From a virus: 64,000 nt of DNA. Numbering within the stretch: the stretch's first letter is position 1; each line of letters begins with the position of its first letter. This document shows, piece after piece, positions 10,254 to 20,127 of this stretch. The notes under the pieces were generated by a model, which had not been told where the DNA came from, did no database searches, and was given only the letters and a program-made list of their open reading frames with translations. The stretch is taken from the IMG/VR virus record IMGVR_UViG_3300018059_000546; one strand, 5' to 3'. The position numbers and the translations under genes were made by a program.

Positions 10254-10498
10254 TCTGCGTCGCCACCCGTCGAGTTCATACGCTCCGCCATTTCAGCGTT
10301 GATCTTCTCGAATCCTGCCTGAACCTGCTGCAAGTAGGCATCGGTCAGTTGAAGCTTTCCCTCTCCGTCGACGTCGACCCGAATCATTCTCATGTGATCC
10401 GTGATGTCGGTTCCAGACATCATACCCTCTTGGAGGATCTGGACGACGCGGGCAATGACGTTATCACTCAACTGGTACGAATCTTTTTCCTGGCTCAT
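10250..10498 (-). CDS. hypothetical protein
   Basis: 82 aa, ATGA-coupled on both sides. Confidence 0.7.
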   Translation of the reverse strand: MSQEKDSYQLSDNVIARVVQILQEGMMSGTDITDHMRMIRVDVDGEGKLQLTDAYLQQVQAGFEKINAEMAERMNSTGGDAE

Positions 10499-10656
10499 TT
10501 GTTTTCTTTCTTGTTTGGGTAGATCTTCGGAAATTTGTCCCGAATAGTCTCAAGGTACTTCACTACGTCTTCGGGAGGAGTGTCGCCGACATCGACCTCG
10601 TACACAACGTGGTCGGGTGTCGAAAGACCGGGACGAAAATGAGGATTGTCTGTCAA
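10495..10656 (-). CDS. 53-aa protein resembling a segment of T4 gp20-type portal
   Basis: Below ORF-track cut-off; MTDNPHFRPGLSTPDHVVYEVDVGDTPPEDVVKYLETIRDKFPKIYPNKKENK; 4-nt overlaps with both neighbours. Confidence 0.65.
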   Translation of the reverse strand: MTDNPHFRPGLSTPDHVVYEVDVGDTPPEDVVKYLETIRDKFPKIYPNKKENK

Positions 10657-10907
10657 CGGTCTCGCCCTTCGCAGGTAGAGATAGCCGGTGCAAGCAAGAC
10701 TTCCCTGGACTCCACGAGTTTGTCGAGCTTACCTTCGAAGTCCTTAGAGTTGACGAACTCAACCCCCATTTTGGTCTCGTCTCCAACGCGCAGTGCGTAG
10801 GACATTCGAACACCCGCCGTGGTGCGCTTGAACTCAAGCGAGATTGTCTTGACGTTGGGATCACGGCCCATCTGCTGGAGAATCATGTCTAAGTTGTTCA
10901 TTTTCAT
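10653..10907 (-). CDS. hypothetical protein
   Basis: 84 aa, coupled overlaps. Confidence 0.65.
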   Translation of the reverse strand: MKMNNLDMILQQMGRDPNVKTISLEFKRTTAGVRMSYALRVGDETKMGVEFVNSKDFEGKLDKLVESREVLLAPAISTCEGRDR

Positions 10908-11173
10908 TTTCCTTGGAGGACCTGTCGAATCGATTGGACGAGCTCTTTCGGAAGAGCTGACATTTTCACGTAGCTCTCTACGTTCAAGTTGACCTCTGGG
11001 ATATTAGCACCTTCGTGCACGGTTAGACTCTGGGTTGGAACGAGAAAGAACGCATAGTCAGGAGCATTCTCATCGCAAGTCTTGATGATGGGAGTAGATA
11101 GAGACGTGATTGTGTCCGCATCTCGATCGTCGTACAAATGACTTGTACGTTGGTTGTAGTCTCTTGTCGTCAT
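10904..11173 (-). CDS. hypothetical protein
   Basis: 89 aa, abuts tmk. Confidence 0.65.
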   Translation of the reverse strand: MTTRDYNQRTSHLYDDRDADTITSLSTPIIKTCDENAPDYAFFLVPTQSLTVHEGANIPEVNLNVESYVKMSALPKELVQSIRQVLQGK

Positions 11174-11758
11174 TTAGAACCTAAACTCTCGGAGGATTTC
11201 TCTGAAGGTATCATCCGGATTGTCTGCGACGTAGATGTCGGTGACTTCCGTATATTGATTCCTCCAGGTCCGTGAATTGTAAAACGCAGCCACTGTTTTT
11301 TGCAAGGAATCGTCCTTCTCATAGATGTCACGAGGAACCTCTCTGAGCGTTGGATTTCCTGATAACAGGAATACCTGGTCCGGCTTCACAAGCATCTTGG
11401 ACATGATTCTGATGACAGAGGAAGGTACACCTGTAGCAAGACCGTACGCTTGCATCGACAGGTCCCATCGGTCCATGATGATGACATCCATTTCACGCTT
11501 GAGTTTAGCAAGGCGGCCGTACTGGAAATGCATCTTGTTGATGAACTGCATCACCTGAAAGAGCATAGGGTGCTCCAGAGCCCAACCGCTTTCTAGAGTC
11601 CGATAGATGTCAGCGTAGAAAACAGATTCCATGTCGGGACTCTTGATGTAACACGCCCGAAATCCCGAGTCTTCAAGATATTTGAGAAGTCGTTTGGCGT
11701 GGGTTGTTTTTCCCGCAGAATCGCATCCTTCGAGACTAACAAGGCAACAAATTTTCAT
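11174..11758 (-). CDS. tmk: thymidylate kinase
   Basis: SLEGCDSAGKTT P-loop, IIMDRW..S..AYG, KPDQVFLL. Confidence 0.9.
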   Translation of the reverse strand: MKICCLVSLEGCDSAGKTTHAKRLLKYLEDSGFRACYIKSPDMESVFYADIYRTLESGWALEHPMLFQVMQFINKMHFQYGRLAKLKREMDVIIMDRWDLSMQAYGLATGVPSSVIRIMSKMLVKPDQVFLLSGNPTLREVPRDIYEKDDSLQKTVAAFYNSRTWRNQYTEVTDIYVADNPDDTFREILREFRF

Positions 11759-11931
11759 TTTTGAATTCCAAGATCTATTCCTCGAACGATCGCTTCTTCG
11801 ATGAGAAATCTGGACATTGTGTCGTTTGCTGACGAACTCTCGCAGGTCAGATGAAACTCGTACTCGTCAACTAGTTGTTTATCGTCTAATTTTTTGACAA
11901 ATTCCAAAAGAAGTTTTTCAACTGTGTTCAT
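11755..11931 (-). CDS. 58-aa hypothetical protein
   Basis: Manual translation MNTVEKLLLEF...GIDLGIQK; ATGA overlaps with thyX and tmk. Confidence 0.6.
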   Translation of the reverse strand: MNTVEKLLLEFVKKLDDKQLVDEYEFHLTCESSSANDTMSRFLIEEAIVRGIDLGIQK

Positions 11932-12581
11932 TCAAATGGCTCTCTGATTCTACCATCTATAGTAAGCCCGAAGGCCTCCAAAGACATGGAGAAGTTCTGT
12001 AACTCCGACACTTGCTGAAGCATCTTACGAGCCAAATTTCTGACTTCTAACTGAGCATGTTTCGAATATCGCAGGCGAAGAAAATGAACGAAGCTCCGAA
12101 AGTTGAACATGACGTCCGCCGTCAGTTGGTTTCCGTACGGAATGTAGAGACGAGCAGATTCTTTGGCTCTCTTTCTGTTCATCCCTTTGGCGACGAGACG
12201 TTCGATCGCATCGTGGTACTTCTTGAGACAACCCTCCATGTGCTCAATGTACAGGAGTTGCTCGGCTCCGTCCCAATCCACGGGAACGTAGAATTTGTCG
12301 TCCTTGAGTTCTTTGTACCGAGCAGATTCCGCGTTCACAGACACACCCACCCGGTGCTTGATCAAGTGAATATGGGTTGCAACGTCCGTTGTGACGAGAA
12401 AATGGATGCTCGATTTTTCGAACGGCGTTTCATGGGCATTCGAAGCGAGCATCGTAAGAAGACCCTTGATGCGACATCTTTTATCGTCAGTCAGATCTCT
12501 TGACGTGCTGGTCCATGCTGACAAGGCATGGGTTTCGTCTCCACCGTAGGTACCAATCAACTCGACGAGGTTGTCATTCAT
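11928..12581 (-). CDS. thyX: flavin-dependent thymidylate synthase
   Basis: HETPFEK, HLIKHR...NAESARY, ESARLYIP, NFRSFVHFLRLR..HAQLEVR. Confidence 0.92.
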   Translation of the reverse strand: MNDNLVELIGTYGGDETHALSAWTSTSRDLTDDKRCRIKGLLTMLASNAHETPFEKSSIHFLVTTDVATHIHLIKHRVGVSVNAESARYKELKDDKFYVPVDWDGAEQLLYIEHMEGCLKKYHDAIERLVAKGMNRKRAKESARLYIPYGNQLTADVMFNFRSFVHFLRLRYSKHAQLEVRNLARKMLQQVSELQNFSMSLEAFGLTIDGRIREPFE

Positions 12582-12787
12582 TTGTCTTCTGTTCCGGTTT
12601 CGGCTGGTAGCTCCATTCTCTTCAGAGCTGCTTCTGCGCTGTTTGGTTTCAGATTAATTCTCACGTCTACGGTGTACTCTTGAGAGATGAATCCCTGTTC
12701 GTATAGAGGCGGGAGAATCGTTTCGCTCATGATCTTGTGGACGAAATGACGAAGAGCTTTTAGGGTTTCTCTTTCGATTTTTGTCAT
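12578..12787 (-). CDS. hypothetical protein
   Basis: ATGA-coupled between nrdJ and thyX. Confidence 0.6.
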   Translation of the reverse strand: MTKIERETLKALRHFVHKIMSETILPPLYEQGFISQEYTVDVRINLKPNSAEAALKRMELPAETGTEDK

Positions 12788-15318
12788 CCGCACTTGCTCC
12801 AAGTGCAGCTCGTGCCGTCGGGATTAGTTCCACCAAGGCATTGCATGCACCCTTGTTGGTATATCAAGGTCAGCCCGCCGCACCCTGGGCATGTCTTTTG
12901 ATTCGTCGACTTCGTTCCATCTACGATGTACTGCTTCAGAACGCGGGCGATGACTCTTGAGAATGATTGCATGTCATCGCTCTCCTGCTTTTGAAGTTGC
13001 TCGACGACGTAGGAAACAGGAATCCCATGACGGAGCGACAGAGAAATCATGCGTGTGAAGGATCCAAAGGTCGGATTATCGAATGTCGATACGACGTCCT
13101 TGATGAGAATTTCATCGTCGTCTCCGATAGGAATAGCGATGTTGTATGTAGAAATACCGTTCACTTTCCCATTCTTGATTAGTCTTCCGTGCTTGCGCTT
13201 CTTTGGAATTTCGATGTACTTCGAGAGGCCGCCAAAAACTTCGAATGGGCGGCCCTCGAACAATCCAACGATGATCGTCCAATCTTCTCCGTGAACCTTC
13301 GCACGATGGATCTCGCACGACAGTTCCTTCGGGCGTTTGGGAGCATGAGATTCGACGATCTGCTCCGGTTGCCCAGTAGCCGATTTCTTTTCTTCGATAG
13401 CAGCAAGAACACCCTTACGAGAATTCTCTCGGAATGCCGTGAGACCCTTGCATCCCGATCTCCACGCTCTCAAATACACATCAGAAAGAGTGTCTACAGG
13501 AACAGTTTCGGGAAGATTGCAAGTCTTCGAAATGCTGTGTTCGACCCACTTTTGAGCTGCGGCTTGCAAGTCGACGCTCGCGACCCAGTCTATCTCGTTA
13601 GCGGTCGCTCCCAAGTAGGGAGATTCTTCGACCTTCGTTTTTCCAGTCTTGTCCATCCAGATCTGGAAGGCACCATGGTAAATGTTGTACTTTTTCCAAT
13701 TGATCCCCGCCGAATCTGTTTCGTCGGCAATCGTACCAGAATCTATTTCGGACTGCGAAACTTTTCTGCGGCGGGAGTACACGAGCTTGTAAGCTGGTTC
13801 AATTCCCGAAGTCGTTCTAGTCAAAATCGACAAGCTACCAGCAGGGGCGGTCGTTGTGAGAGCGATGTTTCGACGCCCGAACTTCTCGAAGTCGGCATTA
13901 GTTTCATCCGATGAGGCATCAATAAGTCGCTGCATAAAAACGTGTCCGTGATGCGCACCCGGAATCCAAACTGGGAATGCGCCACGTTCTTTGGCGAGAT
14001 TCACACTGGAAGCATGACATGCAACCGCCAACGCCTTGTAGATCTGCTCTACAAATTCGATCGACTCCGGACCCGAGTACATCATCCCCAATGCAGCGAC
14101 AGCATCTCCCAGGGCCGTGATTCCCGTTCCCGTCCTACGACCGTTCACGCACTTTTCCCGAATCTTCACCCAGAGTTTGTATTCAGTTTCTTTTTCTTCG
14201 GCCGATTCTGGATCGGACTTGACCTTTTGAATGATCCTGTCAATTGCTTCGAGCTCGAGGTCGATGATATCATCCATGAGCCTCTGTGCTTTTTGTGTGT
14301 GCTCAGAAAAGAGCTTAAAGTCGAAACTAGCTGAGAGCCCGAAGGGATCAGAAACGTACGACAGCAGATTGAGGACGAGCAATCGGCAACTGTCGTACGC
14401 GCACAACGGAAGCTCTCCGCAAGGATTTGTGCATATCGTCTTGAATCCCTGATCAGCATAGATGTCTGCAGGACCGTCGTTAGTGATCCTATCCCAAAAA
14501 AGAATTCCAGGTTCTCCACCCTCTCCGGCAACTCCCCAAACGGAGTCTATCATTTTCTTCCAGAGTTCTTTCGCCCTAACGACCTTGGTAACTTTAGCGT
14601 CTGCGATCGAGGCCTCTACGGGCCAACGTAGGGTGAAGTCTGTATCATCTGTAACGGCCTTCATGAATTCGTCGGTCACACGAACAGAAACATTCGCGCC
14701 CTGAACCTTGCTGCCGTCTAACTTGATCGTAATGAATCTTTCGATATCAGGATGAGCGCAATGAATAGTCAACATCAACGCGCCGCGGCGGCCACCTTGG
14801 GCGACCTCTTCGGTTGTATTGCTGAATCTCTCCATGAAAATTCCAACACCGTCAGAAGTACCAGCAGCGTTAGCAACTTCGACTCCTCTCGGACGAATGT
14901 TCGAGATGTCCGCACCGACGCCTCCTCGACGTTTTTGAATCTGAGCGATCTCTTGGTCTGCTCTTAAAATAGAAGCGTACGAGTCGGCCGGACTTTCTAC
15001 AACGAAGCAATTGGAGAGACTCTGGAATTTGTACGGATTGCCGATAGCCGACATCGGGCTACCTTGTGGAACAACGTACTTGAAATCCTTGAGAAGAGAA
15101 TAGATTTCCTCTACGGTCATTCCTCCCGGGTACTTGGACTCGATTCGTGCGAATTCTTTTGCGAGACGATGATGCATCGAATCGGGAGACTTCTCAAGAA
15201 GTTCTCCCTTCGAATTACGAAGCGCATATTTCCCTATCCAAACGTCCGTAGCAATTTCGTCACCATCAAAGTATTCAAGCGTAGATTTACGGACTTGCTC
15301 AAGAGAAAACACGGCCAT
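12784..15318 (-). CDS. nrdJ: class II (adenosylcobalamin-dependent) ribonucleotide reductase
   Basis: LSNCFV, RRGALM, TNPCGELPL, TTAPAGSLS, SISKTCN, C-terminal domain with CPGC..CMQC..SKCG; no beta-subunit gene adjacent. Confidence 0.93.
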   Translation of the reverse strand: MAVFSLEQVRKSTLEYFDGDEIATDVWIGKYALRNSKGELLEKSPDSMHHRLAKEFARIESKYPGGMTVEEIYSLLKDFKYVVPQGSPMSAIGNPYKFQSLSNCFVVESPADSYASILRADQEIAQIQKRRGGVGADISNIRPRGVEVANAAGTSDGVGIFMERFSNTTEEVAQGGRRGALMLTIHCAHPDIERFITIKLDGSKVQGANVSVRVTDEFMKAVTDDTDFTLRWPVEASIADAKVTKVVRAKELWKKMIDSVWGVAGEGGEPGILFWDRITNDGPADIYADQGFKTICTNPCGELPLCAYDSCRLLVLNLLSYVSDPFGLSASFDFKLFSEHTQKAQRLMDDIIDLELEAIDRIIQKVKSDPESAEEKETEYKLWVKIREKCVNGRRTGTGITALGDAVAALGMMYSGPESIEFVEQIYKALAVACHASSVNLAKERGAFPVWIPGAHHGHVFMQRLIDASSDETNADFEKFGRRNIALTTTAPAGSLSILTRTTSGIEPAYKLVYSRRRKVSQSEIDSGTIADETDSAGINWKKYNIYHGAFQIWMDKTGKTKVEESPYLGATANEIDWVASVDLQAAAQKWVEHSISKTCNLPETVPVDTLSDVYLRAWRSGCKGLTAFRENSRKGVLAAIEEKKSATGQPEQIVESHAPKRPKELSCEIHRAKVHGEDWTIIVGLFEGRPFEVFGGLSKYIEIPKKRKHGRLIKNGKVNGISTYNIAIPIGDDDEILIKDVVSTFDNPTFGSFTRMISLSLRHGIPVSYVVEQLQKQESDDMQSFSRVIARVLKQYIVDGTKSTNQKTCPGCGGLTLIYQQGCMQCLGGTNPDGTSCTWSKCG

Positions 15319-15363
15319 CTCGACTCCCATTACAGATCGAATATGCAAACTAGGCGTAAGTTA

Positions 15364-16731
15364 TCACGATGCTTGGAATTTCTTCCACTTTTCCAACAAC
15401 GCCTTGTGCATGTCATCCTTATCCTCGGCGCCTGCCGCCTCCGGAGTAGAACTATCACCCACTATTTCAAACGTGCTGCGCGCAGTATTGATCTTGGTAT
15501 TGTACACAAGACCGTCCCGCCCGAATCGATTTTTTGCCATAAAGAGTCGTCCCCATCCAGAAGCCTTTTCCATTGCTCTGCGAGAGATCGTTAGCACCAC
15601 GTCAGCGATAAATACCTTCCCGAAAGCTTCGGACATCTGAGTAACGTCAACAACTTCAGCTTCGGCTCCTTCACGATTGACCTGGCTTGCCGTTGCGATC
15701 GGAAGATTCAATTCTCCTGCAAGTCCCCGTAGCTCCCGATAGATCAAAGTAAGCTCGTGGCGGAGAGAATCGTACTGCCGAGTCGAGCGCATGATATCGG
15801 CATAGTCTACAAGTATCAGATCCGGACGGAAACCTTTCAAAGCAAGTTTCTCGACGTGAGCTTTTAATGTGTGAACTGTCGCGGTGTTCGTAGGGTAGTA
15901 CTTGATAAAGAGACGCCCCATGGGCATTCCCTTGTACATTTCTATAACGACGTTCTTATTCTCAATGAGATCGTTAGAATCGATAGCACAGAGATTAGAA
16001 TCGTAACGAAGGCCCGTTTGTTCTGCTGTCAACTCGAAAGTGTAGTGAAGAACGTTTTTCCCCGCTTTTAGAGCGTTCGCCCCCAACATCGTAAGGAAGT
16101 GGCTCTTTCCCACTCCAGAAGCAGCGGCGACCACGCAGAGTTCACCAGCCGCCAACCCGCCGTTCAAAATCCCTTTCTTGTCAAGTTGGGGTAGACCGGT
16201 CGGAACGCAATTGCGTTTCAGATCGACGAAGCGTTGTTCGAGGTCATTGAAAAAATCGTGTCCCAGGGAAGCTTCTGATCCCGCAAGGACAGCATTTTTG
16301 ACGACATCCACGATGGACTCGTACTTTTCCTTCTGGATGAGGTCAATCGCTTCCTCTAACGCACCCTTGAGAGCCTGCCGCTTGCAGAAATCGAGGGTCT
16401 TATCCTTTACGTACGGAAGATCCTCGAGGTAATCCTCTGCCTTGATGCGACGGACGAAATCGATAACCTGCGTTTTGAGAGCGATGTCAGCCGTAGCTTT
16501 CAGTTCGTCCTTGACGATAGTGATCAGAATTTCTAACGAAGGAAACGTTCGATACTTCTTAGCGTAGGAGAAGTAACGGTCGCTGAGATACTGAAGATAC
16601 TTGAGCGAGAAATACTCAGGCTTCATAACCTCGAGCGTCTGTTCTGCCCATTGTTTGTCTGTCAGCAATGCAACGACGATTTTTTCCTGAAACCCTGTGC
16701 CGTACTGATCGAAAGACGCTTCAACCGCCAT
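15364..16731 (-). CDS. dnaB: replicative DNA helicase (DnaB/T4 gp41-like)
   Basis: AASGVGKS Walker A, YTFEL, LILVDYADIM, TASQVNR, AKNRFG. Confidence 0.92.
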   Translation of the reverse strand: MAVEASFDQYGTGFQEKIVVALLTDKQWAEQTLEVMKPEYFSLKYLQYLSDRYFSYAKKYRTFPSLEILITIVKDELKATADIALKTQVIDFVRRIKAEDYLEDLPYVKDKTLDFCKRQALKGALEEAIDLIQKEKYESIVDVVKNAVLAGSEASLGHDFFNDLEQRFVDLKRNCVPTGLPQLDKKGILNGGLAAGELCVVAAASGVGKSHFLTMLGANALKAGKNVLHYTFELTAEQTGLRYDSNLCAIDSNDLIENKNVVIEMYKGMPMGRLFIKYYPTNTATVHTLKAHVEKLALKGFRPDLILVDYADIMRSTRQYDSLRHELTLIYRELRGLAGELNLPIATASQVNREGAEAEVVDVTQMSEAFGKVFIADVVLTISRRAMEKASGWGRLFMAKNRFGRDGLVYNTKINTARSTFEIVGDSSTPEAAGAEDKDDMHKALLEKWKKFQAS

Positions 16732-16739
16732 CGAATTCC

Positions 16740-17735
16740 TTACCCTTCATTAGAACTACCGCTCGGATCCTCGTCGATATTCCATCGAGCCGCGAGGTAC
16801 GAGATTGTCGCAAACACATCATCGATGTGCAGATCTTTGATTCCATCATCGATGACCGTCTGAAGAAACTTCAATTTGTCAGAGTATGGTGTGAAATTAT
16901 CCACGGAATGATGGATCTTTGTAACTTGGTCCGCCGTCAAAATGCTCGAATCGAGGTACACCAACTTCCAATTCCTACGAATGAGGTCCTCGTGCTCTAC
17001 GATCTTTGCGTAGAACGGAGTTTCTTCCCTCCGGCTTTGACAGTAGGATATCACCTCGTCTAGACGAATTTCGGTATCTAGAGCAAACAATGGAATTCTC
17101 TTGGCTAGCGTTTTGTATCCAACGCCAGGGACTCCGTCGATGTTGTCGGATCCATCGCCGCAGATAGCTTTCGCCAGAGCAAAATTCTTAGCAGAAACAT
17201 GGAATTCCTTCTTGACATCTTCTCTAAGAACAAAATTCTTTCGAGCAGCATTGTAGATGATCGTCCCATCGACGTCCATCAGTTGGTAGAAGTCTCGATC
17301 CGTTGAAAGAACCGTCTTGTCGTCATCTTTGAATTTGTGTCGACAAAGGTACGAAATGACATCGTCAGCTTCGCAGTCTGTAACGTACACTTGACAAATA
17401 GGCATGCACGTTAGAAGTTTGATGAGGGTTTTTGTTTGATGAAGACGATTTTCGTCCGTGTCTGGAATGTCGTCTTCGTAGAATCGATTGAGCTTTTCGG
17501 GCTTACGATTCATCTTGTATTCGGAGAAGATGCTTCTCCGTCGGGCAGAACCTCCACTTTCCCACACGACCACGACTGCATCGGGTCTAAAGTCGTTGAT
17601 CAAATTTTTCAAGCCTCGGATGAACCCTACGACCCCTCCGATTTGATATCCATGTGCAGACATTGAAGGATTTGCTTGATAGTGACGAACGAATAAATTC
17701 ATTCCGTCGCAAATTATGACTCGTTTTTTAGACAT
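16740..17735 (-). CDS. 5'-3' exonuclease / T4 RNase H-like (FEN family)
   Basis: IICDGMNLF, EYKMNR, EADDVI, STDRDFYQL, GDGSDNIDGVPGVG. Confidence 0.92.
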   Translation of the reverse strand: MSKKRVIICDGMNLFVRHYQANPSMSAHGYQIGGVVGFIRGLKNLINDFRPDAVVVVWESGGSARRRSIFSEYKMNRKPEKLNRFYEDDIPDTDENRLHQTKTLIKLLTCMPICQVYVTDCEADDVISYLCRHKFKDDDKTVLSTDRDFYQLMDVDGTIIYNAARKNFVLREDVKKEFHVSAKNFALAKAICGDGSDNIDGVPGVGYKTLAKRIPLFALDTEIRLDEVISYCQSRREETPFYAKIVEHEDLIRRNWKLVYLDSSILTADQVTKIHHSVDNFTPYSDKLKFLQTVIDDGIKDLHIDDVFATISYLAARWNIDEDPSGSSNEG

Positions 17736-17762
17736 CGAACTCCTGATTTTGGAACGAGTTTT

Positions 17763-18500
17763 CTATGATTTGGGAAAATCATTGATTGCCCGCCCTTCAA
17801 AATTCTTTTGCCAGAGAATTTTGACTGTGTACCCTTTCTCAAGAGCAATTGAGTGTCTTTCTAAATCACGTTGCCAAATTTGGTACGCAAACTTCTTTCG
17901 ATATTCGTCCCAAAAATGCCATTGATATATGTCGGGGTTGCAATGCCAGTAATCTCCGTTGATCTCTACGATCAAATTTTGTGACGGGATGAAAACATCA
18001 AAGATGATTCTTCTTTTCTTGCTATCTTTCTCGTAAAAAACTCTATATGAATGAACGGCATCGGGAAATCGTTCAAGTAAAAAATGAAAAATGTACTGTT
18101 CTGTTTGGCTTCTTTTGGGACCAACAACCAATTGGCCATTTCGAATTTTTCTTCGTCTTTCAAGTTCTTCATCTCTACCGATGAAATCGTACCCTTGTTG
18201 TTGAAGTCTTCGACGACTAGCTCGACTCATATTTGCTCGGGCTTCACCAGAAGGAGATTTTCCTTTACCACGAGAGTGACCCAAATTTGCTTTTAGAGCT
18301 CCAGCTTGAAATCGAACCTGCCCACTTCTATGGGCAATTTCTGCATAGAGATTTTTCCCTAGTAGAGAAATTAGAGTTCGTTTTATGATTGCCGGTCCAA
18401 AATCATGATCAGAACACAGTTCTGGAATCACAACACCTGATTGAAAGCGTTCTAACAGGTTCAATGCAAGATCGTTCGGAATAATCTTTTTAGCGATCAT
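17763..18500 (-). CDS. putative homing endonuclease, Vsr/DUF559-like
   Basis: AT-rich; SQTEQ...FDVFIPSQNLIVEINGDYWHCNP...RD...GYTVKILW. Confidence 0.8.
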   Translation of the reverse strand: MIAKKIIPNDLALNLLERFQSGVVIPELCSDHDFGPAIIKRTLISLLGKNLYAEIAHRSGQVRFQAGALKANLGHSRGKGKSPSGEARANMSRASRRRLQQQGYDFIGRDEELERRRKIRNGQLVVGPKRSQTEQYIFHFLLERFPDAVHSYRVFYEKDSKKRRIIFDVFIPSQNLIVEINGDYWHCNPDIYQWHFWDEYRKKFAYQIWQRDLERHSIALEKGYTVKILWQKNFEGRAINDFPKS

Positions 18501-18741
18501 TTCCCAAACCTAGTCGAATTTTAGTTTCGATCCAGTCTCCGTCGAGATCGTTCTGAAACGGAGATGCGTCGAATGGGTTTCCATCTTTCGAACGAACTCG
18601 GACATGTTTTTTATTCAGAGGAGAGGTAACGGCAACCTCAAAAACAAAATCGGGGTGCTCTGCACCATAGTCGTTTACAATCACATCAAATTCTTGATCT
18701 GACAAATCCCGTCGTAGTACATACTCTTTTTGAATTTTCAT
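18490..18741 (-). CDS. hypothetical protein
   Basis: 83 aa, ATGA overlap with dut. Confidence 0.6.
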   Translation of the reverse strand: MKIQKEYVLRRDLSDQEFDVIVNDYGAEHPDFVFEVAVTSPLNKKHVRVRSKDGNPFDASPFQNDLDGDWIETKIRLGLGNDR

Positions 18742-19190
18742 TTTCCCGTCGATCCGAATCCTGAATCACCCCGGTCAGTCTGTTTCAGTTCTCCAATGCA
18801 AATTTCCGGTTGCGCGGTCATGTAAAAGACCATCTGTGCGATACGATCGCCGGCTTTGATGAAATAATCGAGATCCGATCTTGTATTACGAAGCATGACA
18901 ACGAGTTCTCCACGATACCCTGGATCAACGATCCCACCCACAGGATGAATGCCCTTCGCTGCGAGGCCAGAACGACCCTCGATCTTCGGAAAAATGGCCA
19001 TTGCTGACGTAGTGCTCGCTTCGCTGAGAGGGTCGAATCCTCCGTAAGCAATTCCCGTACGAACTTTTGTGACTGTACCTTCGGCAAGGTTGCAATCTTC
19101 TAATGCGTAAAGGTCGTATCCTACGTCAGTCTCGTGGGCCTTGGTGGGAAGCTTTGCTTTCTCACTTAGTAACTTGAACATCGCTCGCAT
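18738..19190 (-). CDS. dut: trimeric dUTPase
   Basis: GYDL, GRSGLA, GIVDPGYRGE, GDRIAQ, RGDSGFGSTG. Confidence 0.95.
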   Translation of the reverse strand: MRAMFKLLSEKAKLPTKAHETDVGYDLYALEDCNLAEGTVTKVRTGIAYGGFDPLSEASTTSAMAIFPKIEGRSGLAAKGIHPVGGIVDPGYRGELVVMLRNTRSDLDYFIKAGDRIAQMVFYMTAQPEICIGELKQTDRGDSGFGSTGK

Positions 19191-20127
19191 TTTGACTCTC
19201 CAACGCTGCTTTCTTGATGTCTCGTTCCGCTTGTGCTGGAGACTTCACCAACGCAATTTCAAGAAGAAGTTCAAGTTTTTCCTTGTACTTTTCGTCTGTC
19301 CAGAGTTCGTTGAACTTCTCTTTGTAGAACTTCTTTTCATGAGAGAACTTCTCGTCTTCGTGATCCTTCAATGACGTTGCAGTCGTGAAGCTCTTCCATG
19401 CTCCCTTGCCCGAGATTGCCACGAACTCACCGTTAATTTCCTGTGGACCATGAGCGTCGCAATATTCTCTCAGAACGTCGAACATCTCCTCATGGTCTTT
19501 GAGACCAACTCCGAAAATGATTTGAAAACTTGCACGTCTAAAAGGTGCGGCAACTTTGTTTTTGATGAGTTTTGCTTCGACGTTGATGCCGATGAGCTCC
19601 CCGTTCTTTTCAATCTTGCTGCCGCCGATCAGTTGGATCCGAGTCGAAGCATGGAAGGGAATCGCCATACCTCCGGAGGTCGTCGTTGGGTCGCCGTAGA
19701 TTGTATTGTGAGAAAGTATACCATTTGAAAAATAATTGTGATTTTTTTCTACTTCGATATCTAGCACATCCATCATCTCATCGACGAGATGAATGCTCGC
19801 AGCGGTCCATTCTTTTCCGTCGAAGACTTCGAAATTCTTTACATCTAAAAGTGCAGTTGCTTCTACCCAATGCGGTTTTGAACTTTCTATTTTTACATAG
19901 AACGAATGCAACGGAGACACTTTTACTTCAGATTGGGTCGCATTCAAAACGTACTGTTTCGTTGCAGGTTTACGAACTATCTTCAATACGTTCGCGTAAC
20001 AAATTTGTTTTGTTTCAAAATCGAACGATTTTATTTTGAATTTCAGATGTGAAACATCTTTCGGATCGTCATACAACATTTTCGTATAATCGACGTCACA
20101 AAGTTTAAAAAATTCACTAATCTTCAT
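19162..20127 (-). CDS. recA: RecA/UvsX C-terminal half fused behind split-intein C-fragment
   Basis: Residues 1-141 are intein (ends YFSNGILSHN); then TIYGDPTTTSGGMAIPFHASTRI...KNKVAAPFR is RecA C-terminal sequence. Confidence 0.93.
   Translation of the reverse strand: MKISEFFKLCDVDYTKMLYDDPKDVSHLKFKIKSFDFETKQICYANVLKIVRKPATKQYVLNATQSEVKVSPLHSFYVKIESSKPHWVEATALLDVKNFEVFDGKEWTAASIHLVDEMMDVLDIEVEKNHNYFSNGILSHNTIYGDPTTTSGGMAIPFHASTRIQLIGGSKIEKNGELIGINVEAKLIKNKVAAPFRRASFQIIFGVGLKDHEEMFDVLREYCDAHGPQEINGEFVAISGKGAWKSFTTATSLKDHEDEKFSHEKKFYKEKFNELWTDEKYKEKLELLLEIALVKSPAQAERDIKKAALESQNASDVQVTK
19705..20127 (-). other. split intein C-fragment (141 aa)
   Basis: Block B VSPLHSF, block F VLDIEVEKNHNYFSNG, terminal HN followed by Thr +1. 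Confidence 0.9.
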
